A stretch of DNA of 64,000 nt from Betaproteobacteria bacterium (GCA_947458265.1 CANGYF010000009.1:66544-130543), one strand, 5' to 3'. Positions 45,820-57,564 are shown, counted from the first letter of the stretch. A program made the numbers and translations. The notes: generated from the letters alone by a model not told the origin.

Positions 45820-47319
45820 ATGACCGCGCCGCCAGTGCACCTGCCGTGGGCGTTCAGCGCGGCGCACGGGGTCGTCGCCGAGCCGGCGCGCCCCGAGGCG
45901 ATTGCCGCCGGCCCTGCGGCCGCGCTGGCAGTGGCTGTGCGGGCTGGCACCGACCCGCTGGCACTGGCCGAGGCGCGGCGTGCGTTGCGCCGGCCGCTGA
46001 GTGTGCGCGTGGTCGACGGCCCGCGCTTCGAGACGTTGCTGGCGCAGGCGCGCGAGGGCGCGGGAGAGGATGCCCACCACGTCGCCGACGAGATCGCGAT
46101 CGGCGCCGAACTGGCCAGCCTGCCGCTGGAGTTGCCGGCGGCGGCGGAACTGCTTGACGACGAGCACGACGCGCCGGTGATCCGGCTGGTCAACGCGCTG
46201 CTGGCCCGCGCTGCTCGCGACGGCGCCTCCGACATCCATGTCGAGCCGTTCGAGGAACGCTCCGTGGTGCGGCTGCGCCTCGATGGCACGCTGCGCGACC
46301 TGGTGGAGCCGCACCGCGCGCTGCACGCGGCACTGGTGTCGCGGGTGAAGATCATGGCCCGGCTCGACATCGCCGAGCGTCGCCTGCCGCAGGACGGTCG
46401 CATCGCACTGCGGGTGGCGGGCCGGCCCCTCGACGTGCGCGTATCCACCATCCCCACCGCGCACGGCGAACGGGTGGTGCTGCGCCTGCTCGACCGGCAG
46501 GCCGCCCGGCTCGACCTCGCCACGCTGGGCATGGACGCAGCGACCCTCGCACGTCTGGACAGGCTGATCCGCGCACCGCACGGAATCGTGCTCGTGACCG
46601 GTCCTACCGGATCGGGCAAGACCACAACGCTGTACGCTGCGCTGCGCCGGCTCGACGCGCGGTCGCTCAACATCATGACCGTCGAGGATCCGGTCGAATA
46701 CGACCTCGACGGTATCAGCCAGACGCCGGTGCATGGACGCATCGAGATGAGCTTCGCGCGCGCGCTGCGCGGCATCCTGCGCCAGGACCCCGACGTGGTG
46801 ATGGTCGGCGAGATCCGCGACCTGGAGACGGCGCAGGTCGCGGTGCAGGCGGGCCTGACCGGCCACCTCGTGTTCTCCACGCTGCACACGCAGGACAGCA
46901 CCTCGGCGGTGACCCGGCTGGTGGACATGGGAGTGGAACCCTTCCTGCTTGCCTCCGGCCTGACCGGCGTGGTGGCGCAGCGGCTGGTGCGCTGCCTGTG
47001 TACCGAATGCCGGCGCGAAATCGCGCTATCGCCGCAGCAGGCCGCGGAGGCGGGGCTGCCAGCAGGCACGTCCAGAGTCTGGCGCGCCGGCGGCTGCACC
47101 GCCTGCGGCGGCACTGGCTACCGGGGCCGTACCGGCCTGTACGAGCTGATGCCGATGGACGATGCACTGCGCGCGCGTATTCACGACCGCGCGCCCGAGG
47201 CGCGCCTGCGCGAGCAGGCGGTGGCATCGGGCATGGTGACCCTGCGCGAGGACGGCGTGCGCCGCGTGCTCGCCGGCGACACCAGCCTCGAGGAACTGCT
47301 GCGGGTCAGCCGGGAGTAG
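45820..47319 (+). CDS. gspE: Type II secretion system ATPase
   Basis: 499 aa. Walker A VTGPTGSGKTTTLYA, Asp/His boxes (MVGEIRDLETA, GHLVFSTLHT) and a tetra-Cys motif (CTEC...CTACGGTGY). Confidence 0.95.
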   Translation: MTAPPVHLPWAFSAAHGVVAEPARPEAIAAGPAAALAVAVRAGTDPLALAEARRALRRPLSVRVVDGPRFETLLAQAREGAGEDAHHVADEIAIGAELASLPLELPAAAELLDDEHDAPVIRLVNALLARAARDGASDIHVEPFEERSVVRLRLDGTLRDLVEPHRALHAALVSRVKIMARLDIAERRLPQDGRIALRVAGRPLDVRVSTIPTAHGERVVLRLLDRQAARLDLATLGMDAATLARLDRLIRAPHGIVLVTGPTGSGKTTTLYAALRRLDARSLNIMTVEDPVEYDLDGISQTPVHGRIEMSFARALRGILRQDPDVVMVGEIRDLETAQVAVQAGLTGHLVFSTLHTQDSTSAVTRLVDMGVEPFLLASGLTGVVAQRLVRCLCTECRREIALSPQQAAEAGLPAGTSRVWRAGGCTACGGTGYRGRTGLYELMPMDDALRARIHDRAPEARLREQAVASGMVTLREDGVRRVLAGDTSLEELLRVSRE

Positions 47320-47326
47320 CGCGGCC

Positions 47327-48517
47327 ATGTCGGCGTTCCAGTACCGGGCCTTCGCGCCCGACGGCGGCGAGGTGCGCGGCATCGTGCATGCCGACAGCGC
47401 GCGCCAGGCGCGTGCCGCGCTGCGCTCGCGTGGACTGCTGCCTGCAGCGGTGGACCGCCTCGGGCCGCAGGCGCAGGGGCGTCGCATCCCGGACGAGGCC
47501 CTGCCGCTGGTCACGCGCGAACTGGCGACCCTGCTCGACGCCGGCGTCGCGCTCGATCTCGCGCTAGCCGGCATGGAAGCGCAGGCCGCCTCAGCCACCC
47601 TGCGCGAAGTCCTCGGCGGGCTGCGCGAAGCGTTGCGAGGCGGCGCGTCGCTCGCCGCGGCGATGGCGCAGTGGCCGGCGAGCTTCCCGCAGCACTACCG
47701 CGAAGTCGTAGACGGCGGCGAGCGCGCCGGCGCGCTCCCGGCGGTGCTCGAACACCTCGCCGATTACCTCGATGCGCGGCGCGCGCTGCGCCAGCGCGTG
47801 CAACTCGCGCTGCTGTACCCGGCGATCGTCACCACGGTCGCGCTGCTGGTCACTGCCGGCCTGCTGGCGTGGGTGGTGCCACAGGTGGTCGAGGTGTACC
47901 GCGGCACCGGGCAAGCGTTGCCACTGCCTACGCGCGTGCTGATCGGCGCGAGCGATCTGCTGCGCAGCGGCTGGCCGCTGCTGCTGGCCGCACTGGCCGG
48001 CGGCGCGCTGGCGGTGCGCGCTGCCTGGGTACTGCCTTCCTGGCGGCTGCGGCTGGACCGCGCGCTGCTGCGCGTGCCAGCGCTTGCGCCGATGCTGCGC
48101 GCAGCCGATACAGCACGGCTGGCATGGACGCTGTCGGTCCTGCTGCGCGGCGGCGTGCCGCTGCTCGCCGCGCTGGACACCGCTGCGGGCACGCTGGCCA
48201 ACCGCGCACTGGGCGAGGCGGTGCGCGCCGCGGCGGAACGGGTGCGCGATGGCGCCAGCCTGTCAGCCGCGCTCGCCGAAGGACGCGCCTACCCGCCGGC
48301 GCTGGTGCACCTGTGCGCGAGCGGCGAGGCGAGCGGTCGGCTCGACACGATGCTTGCGCGTGCAGCCGGTATCGAGAAGCGCGCGCTGGAGCAGCGGCTG
48401 TCGGCTTGGCTGGCCGCTTTCGAGCCTGCGCTGGTGCTGGCGATGGGCGCGCTGGTGGTGGCCATCCTGCTGGCGGTGATGCTGCCCATCCTCGAACTCA
48501 ATCGCATCGTGCGCTGA
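47327..48517 (+). CDS. gspF: Type II secretion system inner-membrane platform protein
   Basis: 396 aa with duplicated GspF/PilC-type domains and three TM segments. Follows gspE. Confidence 0.92.
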   Translation: MSAFQYRAFAPDGGEVRGIVHADSARQARAALRSRGLLPAAVDRLGPQAQGRRIPDEALPLVTRELATLLDAGVALDLALAGMEAQAASATLREVLGGLREALRGGASLAAAMAQWPASFPQHYREVVDGGERAGALPAVLEHLADYLDARRALRQRVQLALLYPAIVTTVALLVTAGLLAWVVPQVVEVYRGTGQALPLPTRVLIGASDLLRSGWPLLLAALAGGALAVRAAWVLPSWRLRLDRALLRVPALAPMLRAADTARLAWTLSVLLRGGVPLLAALDTAAGTLANRALGEAVRAAAERVRDGASLSAALAEGRAYPPALVHLCASGEASGRLDTMLARAAGIEKRALEQRLSAWLAAFEPALVLAMGALVVAILLAVMLPILELNRIVR

Positions 48518-48596
48518 TCGAACCCCAAGCCACGCACCCCGACCGGACTTCACGGGTCTGCTCGATGCACGATTCGCGTAACCGACCCACGCTGCC

Positions 48597-48623
48597 ATGC
48601 AAAAGGGAGGCTCACGGCCTCCC
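48597..48623 (-). terminator. Rho-independent terminator downstream of rplQ (possibly bidirectional with gspF)
   Basis: GGGAGGC (48605-48611), loop TCACG, GCCTCCC (48617-48623). On the minus strand the stem is followed by TTTTG (48604-48600). Lies about 60 nt after the rplQ stop. Confidence 0.7.
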
Positions 48624-48685
48624 TCTGCTGCTGCAGCCCGCACCGCGACCAGCGCGCGTGCGCGCCGATCCGGACGTAGTGGGAC

Positions 48686-49078
48686 TCAGGCAGTCTCGCT
48701 GCCGGATGCTGCGGCCTGATCAGGCTGGTCCATCAGCATCACGAGGGCCATCGGCGCGTTGTCGCCCTGACGGAACCCTGCCTTCAGGATGCGCAGGTAG
48801 CCGCCATTGCGGGTGGCATAGCGCGGGCCGAGTTCATCAAACAGCTTGACCACCATGTCGCGATCACGCAGGCGGTTGAACGCGAGGCGGCGATTGGCCA
48901 CCGTTGCGGTCTTGGCGAGGGTGATCAGCGGCTCTGCCACCCGGCGCAGTTCCTTCGCCTTCGGCAGGGTCGTCTGGATGGTCTCGTGCTTGAGCAGCGA
49001 GTTGGTCATGTTCCGGAGCATCGCCAGCCGGTGGCTGGTGGTACGGTTCAGTTTTCGCAGGCCTTGACGGTGACGCAT
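48686..49078 (-). CDS. rplQ: 50S ribosomal protein L17
   Basis: [24 protein letters not shown]... is a canonical L17 sequence. Confidence 0.97.
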   Translation of the reverse strand: MRHRQGLRKLNRTTSHRLAMLRNMTNSLLKHETIQTTLPKAKELRRVAEPLITLAKTATVANRRLAFNRLRDRDMVVKLFDELGPRYATRNGGYLRILKAGFRQGDNAPMALVMLMDQPDQAAASGSETA

Positions 49079-49121
49079 GGCGATACCTCAGTACGGCAAA
49101 TGACGTTGTTTTGAAGCCGGC

Positions 49122-50105
49122 TCAGTGCCCGGCAACCTTCTCGAGCCCGACCGGCGGCCAGTTCTCGAGCTTCATGCCGAGCATCAGGCCACGCGAGGCA
49201 AGGACTTCCTTGATCTCGTTGAGCGACTTGCGACCCAGGTTCGGCGTCTTCAGCAGTTCGGTTTCGGTGCGCTGGATCAGGTCACCGATGTAATAGATGT
49301 TCTCGGCCTTCAGGCAGTTGGCCGAACGCACCGTGAGCTCCAGGTCGTCGACCGGACGCAGCAGGATCGGATCGACTGCCGGCTCCTTGCGATCGTCGCG
49401 AGCACCCGGGGTGCCCTGCAGGTCGGCGAACACAGCCAGTTGGTCGACCAGCACGCGCGCGGCGTAGCGGATCGCTTCTTCCGGCTCGATGACGCCGTTG
49501 GTCTCGATGTCGATGATCAGCTTGTCGAGGTCCGTGCGCTGCTCGACGCGCGCGCTCTCGACCGCATAGCTCACCCGGTGCACCGGGCTGAACGAGGCGT
49601 CCAGGAGGATGCTTCCGATCGCACGACCTTCGCGTGCAGCCGGCCGGGCCGACGCCGGCACGTAGCCGCGGCCCGTCTCGACCTTGATCGTCATCTCGAG
49701 CTTGCCACCCGGCGTCAGGTGGGCAATCACGTGCTGCGGATTGATGATCTCGACATCGTGGCCAGCCTCGATGTCGGCCGCCGTGACGGCGCCAGCGCCG
49801 GTCTTGTTCAGCGTCAGCGTCACTTCATCGCGGTTGTGCAGCTTGAACACGATGCCCTTCAGGTTCAGCAGGATGTCAACCAGGTCTTCCTGCACGCCGT
49901 CGAGGGCCGAGTACTCGTGCAACACGCCGGTGATGTGGACTTCGGTCGCGGCATAGCCAGGCATGCTCGACAGCAGGACGCGACGCAGCGCGTGGCCGAG
50001 CGTATGGCCATAGCCACGCTCGAACGGCTCCATCGTGATCTTCGCCTGCACGGCCGACACCGGTTGTACATCGATGATGCGCGGCTTCAGGAAGCTGCTT
50101 TGCAT
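49122..50105 (-). CDS. rpoA: DNA-directed RNA polymerase subunit alpha
   Basis: 327 aa. [28 protein letters not shown] in the N-terminal domain and a C-terminal domain with [21 protein letters not shown]. Confidence 0.98.
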   Translation of the reverse strand: MQSSFLKPRIIDVQPVSAVQAKITMEPFERGYGHTLGHALRRVLLSSMPGYAATEVHITGVLHEYSALDGVQEDLVDILLNLKGIVFKLHNRDEVTLTLNKTGAGAVTAADIEAGHDVEIINPQHVIAHLTPGGKLEMTIKVETGRGYVPASARPAAREGRAIGSILLDASFSPVHRVSYAVESARVEQRTDLDKLIIDIETNGVIEPEEAIRYAARVLVDQLAVFADLQGTPGARDDRKEPAVDPILLRPVDDLELTVRSANCLKAENIYYIGDLIQRTETELLKTPNLGRKSLNEIKEVLASRGLMLGMKLENWPPVGLEKVAGH

Positions 50106-50266
50106 GAATTGACCTCTCGACCGGGAAAGATGGCGACGGAAATGCCTGCGTGATCACGCAGGGTCTTCGCCGCGAACTGGAGCTGTAGGTTCGGTACTTC
50201 GGTGCTGCGGGTACGGCAACGCGCAACAGGCGGGAGTGACCCCTGCCCGCTGCGCGCGCGGGTCGA

Positions 50267-50893
50267 TTACTTGGAGTAGAGCTCGACGATCAGCGATTCG
50301 TTGATCGTGCTGGGCAGGTCAGTACGCGCCGGAACGCTCTTGAACACGCCCTTGCCTTCCTTGGCATCGAGCGACAGCCATTCGGGCACGCCACGCTGCT
50401 CGACCGCTTCCATCGCCGCTTTCACGCGCAGCTGCTCGCGCGCTCCGGCCGACAGGCCAACCACGTCGCCCGGACGAACCTGGAACGAGGGAATGTTCAC
50501 CCGGCGGCCGTTGACGGTGACGCCGTTGTGGCGCACGACCTGGCGCGCTTCGCTGCGCGAAGCACCGAAGCCCATGCGGAAGGCGACGTTGTCGAGGCGG
50601 CACTCGAGCAGGGCGAGCAGGTTCTGGCCGGTGATCCCCTTGCGGCGATCGGCTTCCGCGTAAGTGCGGCGGAACTGGCGCTCGAGGATGCCGTAGATCC
50701 GGCGCACCTTCTGCTTTTCACGCAGCTGGAGCGCATAGTCGGACATGCGGTTCTGCTTCTGCCCATGCTGGCCGGGCGGGTTCGTGCGGCGCTCGATCGA
50801 GCACTTGTCGGTGAAGCACTTTTCGCCCTTGAGGAAGAGCTTTTCGCCTTCGCGACGGCACTGGCGGCATTTCGGATCGGTATTGCGGGCCAC
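50267..50893 (-). CDS. rpsD: 30S ribosomal protein S4
   Basis: 208 aa. [18 protein letters not shown] and an S4 RNA-binding domain. Confidence 0.97.
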   Translation of the reverse strand: MARNTDPKCRQCRREGEKLFLKGEKCFTDKCSIERRTNPPGQHGQKQNRMSDYALQLREKQKVRRIYGILERQFRRTYAEADRRKGITGQNLLALLECRLDNVAFRMGFGASRSEARQVVRHNGVTVNGRRVNIPSFQVRPGDVVGLSAGAREQLRVKAAMEAVEQRGVPEWLSLDAKEGKGVFKSVPARTDLPSTINESLIVELYSK

Positions 50894-50909
50894 GGTATGT
50901 GTCTCCTGG

Positions 50910-51299
50910 TCAGACGCGACGGCGCTTGGGCGGGCGGCAACCGTTGTGCGGCACCGGAGTCACGTCCGAGATGCTGAGGATCTTGAAGCCGACGGCGTTG
51001 AGCGCACGCACGGCGGACTCGCGGCCCGGTCCCGGGCCCTTGATGCGGACTTCGAGGTTCTTCACGCCACACTCCTGCGCGGCACGGCCCGCAGCCTCGG
51101 CTGCGATCTGTGCAGCGAACGGCGTGCTCTTGCGCGAGCCCTTGAAGCCCGAGCTGCCGGTGCTTGACCAGGACAGAGCATTGCCCTGCCGGTCGGTGAT
51201 CGTGACGATCGTGTTGTTGAACGACGCGTGGATGTGCGCGATACCCTCGGCGATGTTCTTCTTGACCTTCTTGCGGGTCCGCGTTGCGGTCTTAGCCAT
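50910..51299 (-). CDS. rpsK: 30S ribosomal protein S11
   Basis: 129 aa. [24 protein letters not shown]... is a canonical S11 sequence. Confidence 0.97.
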   Translation of the reverse strand: MAKTATRTRKKVKKNIAEGIAHIHASFNNTIVTITDRQGNALSWSSTGSSGFKGSRKSTPFAAQIAAEAAGRAAQECGVKNLEVRIKGPGPGRESAVRALNAVGFKILSISDVTPVPHNGCRPPKRRRV

Positions 51300-51314
51300 G
51301 TCTATCGAATCCTT

Positions 51315-51689
51315 TTAACCCGGCTTGCCGGACGTCGCCCGGATTGCCTTGCGCGGACCCTTGCGGGTACGGGCGTTGGTGCGGGTACGCTGTCCGCGAA
51401 CCGGCAGGCCGCGGCGATGCCGCAGGCCGCGGTAGCAGCCCAGGTCCATCAGCCGCTTGATGCTCATGTTCACCTCGCGGCGAAGATCGCCCTCGACGGT
51501 GAACTTTCCGACGTGGTCACGGAGCTTGTCCATTTCCGTGTCGGTGAGTTCTTTCATCTTGGTGGTGGGCTTGATCCCCGAAGCTTCGCAGATGGCTTTC
51601 GACCGGGAGGGGCCGATGCCATAAATGGAAGTCAGGGCGATCACCACGTGCTGATGATTGGGGATGTTTACGCCAGCAATACGAGCCAT
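51315..51689 (-). CDS. rpsM: 30S ribosomal protein S13
   Basis: 124 aa. [26 protein letters not shown] is a canonical S13 sequence. Confidence 0.97.
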   Translation of the reverse strand: MARIAGVNIPNHQHVVIALTSIYGIGPSRSKAICEASGIKPTTKMKELTDTEMDKLRDHVGKFTVEGDLRREVNMSIKRLMDLGCYRGLRHRRGLPVRGQRTRTNARTRKGPRKAIRATSGKPG

Positions 51690-51806
51690 GCGATTGTGCT
51701 CAGAACGAAAAACCGCTGATTATATCCGCCGGAAGCACTGGAGGCAACCTCGAAAGGTCTGGCCTTGTGCCCCGGTCGGGACTGAGGGTGGATCCGATGG
51801 TCCGGA

Positions 51807-51920
51807 TCAGCCCTGGCGCTGCTTGTGCCGCGGATCGGCGCAGATGACACGCACCACTCCGTGGCGGCGAATCACCTTGCACTTGCGGCAAATCTTCTTG
51901 ACTGAAGCCTGTACTTTCAT
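51807..51920 (-). CDS. rpmJ: 50S ribosomal protein L36
   Basis: Too short for the ORF track. Manual reverse translation gives [37 protein letters not shown] (37 aa, zinc-ribbon C-x2-C...C...H). Canonical position between infA and rpsM. Confidence 0.93.
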   Translation of the reverse strand: MKVQASVKKICRKCKVIRRHGVVRVICADPRHKQRQG

Positions 51921-52027
51921 GATGACCCCTGGATAGTGCTGTCTTTACTGCGGGCCGCCGGGGCGGCCACCTGCGGATCTGTCTGCCAGCAACCCGGGAA
52001 ACCCTCACCCGGCGCCGCCAGCCTGTC

Positions 52028-52246
52028 TCAACGTGCGCGGAACGTGATCCGTGCGCGCGAAAGGTCGTAGGGACTGACTTCGACCGTCACCTTGTCGCCC
52101 GGAAGGATCCGGATGTAGTGCATCCGCATCTTTCCGGAGATGTGCGACAGCACCACGTGCCCGTTCTCGAGCTTTACGCGGAACGTCGCATTGGGCAGAG
52201 TCTCAAGGACTTCGCCCTGCATCTGAATTGTTTCTTCCTTCGCCAT
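52028..52246 (-). CDS. infA: Translation initiation factor IF-1
   Basis: 72 aa. [41 protein letters not shown] is a canonical IF-1 sequence. Confidence 0.97.
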   Translation of the reverse strand: MAKEETIQMQGEVLETLPNATFRVKLENGHVVLSHISGKMRMHYIRILPGDKVTVEVSPYDLSRARITFRAR

Positions 52247-52292
52247 CCGGTCGGAGCGCCTGTCTGGGAATTACGGTGGTATGCGGCAGCTA

Positions 52293-53618
52293 CTAGCGGG
52301 TCGGGAACATCCCGCCGCCCTTGAGGTTGGCCTTCTTGAGAAGGCTCTCGTACTGATGCGTCATCATGTAGGCCTGGACCTGCTGCATGAAGTCCATCGT
52401 CACCACGACGATGATGAGCAGGCTGGTGCCACCGAAGTAGAACGGCACGTTGAAGCGCACGATCAGGAACTCGGGGATCAGGCAGACGATGGTGATGTAG
52501 ATGGCACCGATCAGCGTGAGCCGGGTGGTGATGTCGCCGATGTACTTCGCAGTCTGGTCACCCGGGCGGATGCCGGGGACGAAGGCGCCGCTCTTCTTCA
52601 GGTTGTCCGCGGTTTCCTTCGGGTTGTACATCAGCGCGGTGTAGAAGAAGCAGAAGAAGATGATCGCCGCGGCGTAGAGCATCACGTACACCGGCTGCCC
52701 GGGATGCAGCATGCCGGAGAGGTCCTTCAGCCAGTTCATCCCTTCGCTTGCCCCGAACCACCCCGAGATCGTCGCCGGGAACAGGATGATCGACGAGGCG
52801 AAGATCGGCGGGATCACCCCTGCCATGTTCAGCTTCAGCGGCAGGTGCGAGCTCTGACCGCCATACACCTTCCGTCCCACCTGGCGCTTCGCGTAGTTGA
52901 CCAGGATCTTGCGCTGACCGCGCTCGACGAATACCACGAAGCAGGTGATGCCGATCGCGAGCACCAGGAGGATCACCACGAAGGCGATCGAGAAGGAACC
53001 CGTTCGCGCCAACTCGAGCGTGCCGCCGATGGCCTGGGGCAGGCCGGCGACGATGCCAGCGAAGATGATCAGCGAGATGCCGTTGCCGATGCCACGCTCG
53101 GTGATTTGCTCGCCGAGCCACATCAGGAACATCGTTCCGGCAACCAGGGTCACCACCGTCACGAACATGAACATCGCGCCAGGGGCGATCACCAGGCCGG
53201 GCTGCGCCTGAAGGGCGACCGAGATGCCGATGGCCTGGAACAGCGCGAGCACCGCGGTGCCGTAGCGGGTGTACTGCGTGATCTTGCGCCGCCCCGCCTC
53301 GCCTTCCTTCTTCAGGGCCTCGAGATGCGGGGAGACCACCGTCATCAGCTGCATGATGATCGAGGCAGAGATGTACGGCATGATGCCGAGGGCGAAGATG
53401 GAGAACCGCGACAGCGCACCGCCCGAGAACATGTTGAACATGTCGAGGATGCCGCCGCGCTGCTGGTTGAACAACTGCGCCAGCTGGTCGGGGTCGATCC
53501 CCGGCACCGGCACATGGGTGCCGATCCGGTACACGACCAATGCGCCCAGCAGGAACAGGAGACGCCGTTTCAGGTCCCCCATCTTGCCGCCGCCGATTGC
53601 CGATGCTGCTGTAGCCAC
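52293..53618 (-). CDS. secY: Preprotein translocase subunit SecY
   Basis: 441 aa with 10 TM helices. [14 protein letters not shown] and the rest of the sequence match SecY. Confidence 0.97.
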   Translation of the reverse strand: MATAASAIGGGKMGDLKRRLLFLLGALVVYRIGTHVPVPGIDPDQLAQLFNQQRGGILDMFNMFSGGALSRFSIFALGIMPYISASIIMQLMTVVSPHLEALKKEGEAGRRKITQYTRYGTAVLALFQAIGISVALQAQPGLVIAPGAMFMFVTVVTLVAGTMFLMWLGEQITERGIGNGISLIIFAGIVAGLPQAIGGTLELARTGSFSIAFVVILLVLAIGITCFVVFVERGQRKILVNYAKRQVGRKVYGGQSSHLPLKLNMAGVIPPIFASSIILFPATISGWFGASEGMNWLKDLSGMLHPGQPVYVMLYAAAIIFFCFFYTALMYNPKETADNLKKSGAFVPGIRPGDQTAKYIGDITTRLTLIGAIYITIVCLIPEFLIVRFNVPFYFGGTSLLIIVVVTMDFMQQVQAYMMTHQYESLLKKANLKGGGMFPTR

Positions 53619-53674
53619 GCGCTATCCCTTGTAGACCGGCCGCATGCGACCGATATCGCCCAAACTGACCGGGG

Positions 53675-54130
53675 TTACTCCGAAGCCGGCGCTTCCGGCA
53701 TCGTCACCGAACCACCCAGTGCTTCGATCGCACTTTTCGCGCCCTTGGTGACGCCCAATCCGGACACCGACACTTTCTTCTCGAGCTTGCCGCACAGGAA
53801 CACCTTGGCGGTCTTCGCACCCGACGGAACCAGCTTGGCCGCCACCAGCGCTGCGAAGTCGATCACTTCGGCGTCGATCTGTGCCAGGTCACCCAGTCGC
53901 ACCTGCGCAATCGCGTTGGGATGCAGCGGCGTGAAACCGCGCTTCGGCAGGCGACGCTGGAACGGCATCTGGCCGCCCTCGAAACCGACCTTGTGGAAAC
54001 CGCCAGCGCGCGACTTCTGACCCTTGTGGCCACGACCACCGGTCTTGCCCGTGCCGCTGCCGATACCGCGGCCGACGCGCTTGCGTTTGCTCTTCGACCC
54101 GATTCCCGGGCTCAGTTCATTCAGGCGCAT
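53675..54130 (-). CDS. rplO: 50S ribosomal protein L15
   Basis: 151 aa. [24 protein letters not shown] motif. Confidence 0.96.
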   Translation of the reverse strand: MRLNELSPGIGSKSKRKRVGRGIGSGTGKTGGRGHKGQKSRAGGFHKVGFEGGQMPFQRRLPKRGFTPLHPNAIAQVRLGDLAQIDAEVIDFAALVAAKLVPSGAKTAKVFLCGKLEKKVSVSGLGVTKGAKSAIEALGGSVTMPEAPASE

Positions 54131-54134
54131 GGTC

Positions 54135-54323
54135 TCAGCCCTCGCACTTCAGGAGATAGGACACCTTGTTGATCATCCCGCGCACTGCCGGGGTGTCCTC
54201 GACCTCGACCGTGTGTTGCCGGTGCTTCAGGCCGAGCCCGCGCACGCAGGCGCGATGCGACTCGCGCGTGCCGATCACGCTCTTCACCAGCGTGACCTTC
54301 AGTTTCTTTGCTGTCGTCGACAT
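54135..54323 (-). CDS. rpmD: 50S ribosomal protein L30
   Basis: 62 aa. [26 protein letters not shown]. Confidence 0.95.
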   Translation of the reverse strand: MSTTAKKLKVTLVKSVIGTRESHRACVRGLGLKHRQHTVEVEDTPAVRGMINKVSYLLKCEG

Positions 54324-54392
54324 GGCAGTACTCTCGTTCTATCCGTTTGCAGCGCGACGGGACCCACAGGGCCCGCCGAACCCAGGCAGCCG

Positions 54393-54929
54393 TCAGGCGC
54401 CGGTGACCTCGGCCACCGTCTTGCCACGCTTGGCAGCGATCTCGGCCGGGGTGTTCATCGATGCGAGCCCGTTGAGGGTGGCGCGCACGACGTTGTAGGG
54501 GTTGGTCGACCCGAGGCACTTGGCCAGCACGTTGGTCACGCCCATCACCTCGAAGATCGCGCGCATCGGGCCGCCGGCGATGATGCCGGTACCGTCAGAG
54601 GCCGGGAGCATCAGAACCACCGACGCGCCATGGCGACCGACCACCGAGTGCTGCAGGGTGCCGTTCTTCAGATTGACCTTGACCAGCTTGCGCCGTGCCT
54701 CGTCCATGGCCTTCTGCACGGCCACCGGCACTTCGCGTGCCTTGCCCTTGCCCATGCCGATGCCGCCGTCGCCGTCGCCGACCACCGTGAGTGCAGCAAA
54801 ACCGAGGATCCGACCACCCTTGACCACCTTGGTCACGCGGTTGATCGCGATCATCTTCTCGCGCATGCCCTCGGTGTCGTCCTGCTTTTCCTGCCGGCGG
54901 TTATCGCGCCGGTTGCTGTTTTGCGCCAT
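54393..54929 (-). CDS. rpsE: 30S ribosomal protein S5
   Basis: 178 aa. [27 protein letters not shown]. Confidence 0.97.
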   Translation of the reverse strand: MAQNSNRRDNRRQEKQDDTEGMREKMIAINRVTKVVKGGRILGFAALTVVGDGDGGIGMGKGKAREVPVAVQKAMDEARRKLVKVNLKNGTLQHSVVGRHGASVVLMLPASDGTGIIAGGPMRAIFEVMGVTNVLAKCLGSTNPYNVVRATLNGLASMNTPAEIAAKRGKTVAEVTGA

Positions 54930-54992
54930 TCGAGTCTCTCGCTTGGTCTTGAGTCGGTCAGTGTTTCAGTGACGTTGTTTCAGTACGCCAGG

Positions 54993-55349
54993 TCAGAACT
55001 TCAGGCCGGCTTCGCGCGCGGCCTCGGCCACTGCCTTCACCCGCCCGTGGTAGCGGAAACCGGAACGGTCGAACGCAACCGCCTCGATTCCGAGTCCCTT
55101 GGCCTTCTCGGCGATCGCCTTGCCCACCAGGCTGGCGGCGGCAACGGTCGACGTCTTCGGGTTGGCGGTACGGATCGCCTCGTCGAGCGTCGATGCGGTG
55201 GCCAACACCCGGTCGCCGGTTGCAGCGATGACCTGTGCGTAAATATGGTTGTTGGAGCGGTACACCGCGAGGCGCACGGCACGCGCCAGCGCGACCTTGC
55301 GCCGGGTCTGCTTCGACCTGCGCAGGCGGGAGAGTTTGCGATCGAACAT
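54993..55349 (-). CDS. rplR: 50S ribosomal protein L18
   Basis: 118 aa. [16 protein letters not shown]...[14 protein letters not shown]. Confidence 0.96.
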   Translation of the reverse strand: MFDRKLSRLRRSKQTRRKVALARAVRLAVYRSNNHIYAQVIAATGDRVLATASTLDEAIRTANPKTSTVAAASLVGKAIAEKAKGLGIEAVAFDRSGFRYHGRVKAVAEAAREAGLKF

Positions 55350-55364
55350 GGTGTCGGCCTCGCC

Positions 55365-55898
55365 TTATTTCTTCTTCGTTTCTTTGATCACGACGACTTC
55401 GTCGGAATAGCGCACGCCCTTGCCCTTGTAGGGCTCCGGCGGACGGTAGCTGCGCACTTCCGCGGCGACCTGTCCGACGACCTGCTTGTCGATACCCTTG
55501 ATCAGGATCTCGGTCTGCGTCGGGGTCGCGACCGTGATGCCCTGGGGCATCTGGTGCACGACCGGGTGCGAGAAGCCGAGGGTCAGGTTGAGCTTGTCAC
55601 CCTGCGCCTGCGCCCGGTAACCGACGCCCACGAGCTGCAGCTTGCGCTCGAAGCCCTTGGTGACGCCCGTGACCATGTTGCTCACCAGCGCACGCAGCGT
55701 GCCGGACATCGCAGCGGCCTGGGAAGAGTCGTCGAGCACCTTGATGCGCAGCTCGTTGCCTTCCTTCTCCACCGCCACGCCGCCAGTCACCGCCTGCTGC
55801 GCGGTGCCCAGCGGGCCCTTGATGCTGATCGAGTCCGGCGCGATGGCGACTTCGACGCCAGCGGGCACCGCGACAGGAGACTTACCGATTCGAGACAT
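55365..55898 (-). CDS. rplF: 50S ribosomal protein L6
   Basis: 177 aa. [17 protein letters not shown]...[11 protein letters not shown]. Confidence 0.97.
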   Translation of the reverse strand: MSRIGKSPVAVPAGVEVAIAPDSISIKGPLGTAQQAVTGGVAVEKEGNELRIKVLDDSSQAAAMSGTLRALVSNMVTGVTKGFERKLQLVGVGYRAQAQGDKLNLTLGFSHPVVHQMPQGITVATPTQTEILIKGIDKQVVGQVAAEVRSYRPPEPYKGKGVRYSDEVVVIKETKKK

Positions 55899-55925
55899 TT
55901 GCCGACTCCGTCCGCTCTATCAGGG

Positions 55926-56321
55926 TCAGTGCACTACGCACAGGACTTCGCCGCCGATACCGTGCTGGCGCGCCTGGCGGTCGGTCATCACGCCCTTGGA
56001 CGTGGACACGATCGCAACCCCGAGGTTGTTCATCACGCGAGGCAGGTCCTGCGTGCCGCGATAGACGCGCAGCCCGGGACGGCTCACGCGCTCGATCTTC
56101 TCGATGACCGGCTCGCCTGCGTAGTAACGCAGCGCGATATCCAGCACCGGCTTGCCATCATTCGGGCGCACCGCAAAGTCGTCGACGTAGCCTTCGTCCT
56201 TCAACACCTTGGCAATCGAAACCTTGAGCTTGCTCGACGGCATCTCAACGGACGTCTTCCCCGCCATCTGCGCGTTACGAATACGCGTCAGCATGTCGGC
56301 GATCGGATCACTCATGCTCAT
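55926..56321 (-). CDS. rpsH: 30S ribosomal protein S8
   Basis: 131 aa. [20 protein letters not shown]. Confidence 0.97.
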   Translation of the reverse strand: MSMSDPIADMLTRIRNAQMAGKTSVEMPSSKLKVSIAKVLKDEGYVDDFAVRPNDGKPVLDIALRYYAGEPVIEKIERVSRPGLRVYRGTQDLPRVMNNLGVAIVSTSKGVMTDRQARQHGIGGEVLCVVH

Positions 56322-56331
56322 ACGAAAGCTC

Positions 56332-56637
56332 CTACCAGCTTGCCTTGGTCACGCCCGGAACTTCTCCGCGCATGGCGATTTCACGAAGCTTGTTGCGGCC
56401 GAGGCCGAACTTGCTGAACACGCCGCGCGGACGCCCGGTCAGCGCGCACCGGTTACGCACCCGCACCGGCGAGGCATCACGCGGCATGCGCTGCAGCTTC
56501 TCGCGAGCGGCCATGCGCTCTTCGTCAGACAGCTGCGGATCGCGCGCCTGCGCCATCAGTTCCTTGCGCTTGGCGGAAAACTTCTCCACGGTCGCGATAC
56601 GCTTCTGGTTGCGATTGATCAGGGACAGCTTTGCCAT
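56332..56637 (-). CDS. rpsN: 30S ribosomal protein S14
   Basis: 101 aa, long non-zinc form. ...[41 protein letters not shown]. Confidence 0.96.
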   Translation of the reverse strand: MAKLSLINRNQKRIATVEKFSAKRKELMAQARDPQLSDEERMAAREKLQRMPRDASPVRVRNRCALTGRPRGVFSKFGLGRNKLREIAMRGEVPGVTKASW

Positions 56638-56647
56638 CTCTTGGTCC

Positions 56648-57187
56648 TCAGTTCCGGAACGGAAATTGGAAGGCGGCCAGCAGCGCGCGACCTTCCTCGT
56701 CGGTACGCGCAGTGGTGGTGATCGTGATGTTCATCCCGCGCACCGCATCGACCTTGTCGTAGTCGATCTCGGGGAAGATGATCTGCTCGCGCACGCCCAT
56801 GTTGTAGTTGCCACGGCCATCGAACGCCTTGCCGGAAATACCGCGGAAATCGCGGATACGCGGCATCGCGATGGTCACCAGGCGATCCAGGAATTCATAC
56901 ATGTGCTCGCCGCGCAGCGTGACCATGCAGCCGATCGGATAGCCTTCGCGGATCTTGAACCCGGCGATCGACTTGCGCGACTTGGTCGCAACCGGCTTCT
57001 GGCCGGCGATCTTCTGCATGTCGCCGATCGCGTTCTCGAGGACTTTCTTGTCCGCGACCGCTTCGCCGACACCCATGTTCAACGTGATCTTGAGGATCCG
57101 CGGGACCTGCATCTGCGTCTTGTAGCCGAACTTGGCAATAAGGTCGGGGACGACTTTCTCGCGGTAGTGTTCTTTGAGCCGAGCCAT
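56648..57187 (-). CDS. rplE: 50S ribosomal protein L5
   Basis: ATG at 57187 gives the canonical [12 protein letters not shown]... N-terminus. The track ORF starts at an upstream TTG (57196). Confidence 0.96.
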   Translation of the reverse strand: MARLKEHYREKVVPDLIAKFGYKTQMQVPRILKITLNMGVGEAVADKKVLENAIGDMQKIAGQKPVATKSRKSIAGFKIREGYPIGCMVTLRGEHMYEFLDRLVTIAMPRIRDFRGISGKAFDGRGNYNMGVREQIIFPEIDYDKVDAVRGMNITITTTARTDEEGRALLAAFQFPFRN

Positions 57188-57249
57188 TTTTCGCAAAACC
57201 TCTTCGGGGGCGGATCACGCCGGGCGCAGGCGCCCGTGGATCCCGTGGA

Positions 57250-57564
57250 TCAGGCGCTTACCAGTTCGCCGTTGGACTTGTAGAACCGGACCTTGCGGCC
57301 GTCTTCCAGCACGCGGAAACCAACCCGGTCAGCCTTCTGGGTGGCCGGATTGAATACCGCCACGTTCGAGGCATTGATCGGCATCTCTTTCTCGACGATG
57401 CCGCCGGTCGTACCCTTCATCGGGTTCGGCTTCTGGTGCTTCTTGACGCGGTTGATGCCTTCGACGACGAGGTGCTCTGCGAGCACCTTGAGCACCGTGC
57501 CACGCTTGCCGCGGTCGCGGCCGGTCAGCACAATGACGTCATCACCCTTCTTGATCTTGTTCAT
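57250..57564 (-). CDS. rplX: 50S ribosomal protein L24
   Basis: 104 aa. [24 protein letters not shown] (KOW motif). Confidence 0.96.
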   Translation of the reverse strand: MNKIKKGDDVIVLTGRDRGKRGTVLKVLAEHLVVEGINRVKKHQKPNPMKGTTGGIVEKEMPINASNVAVFNPATQKADRVGFRVLEDGRKVRFYKSNGELVSA

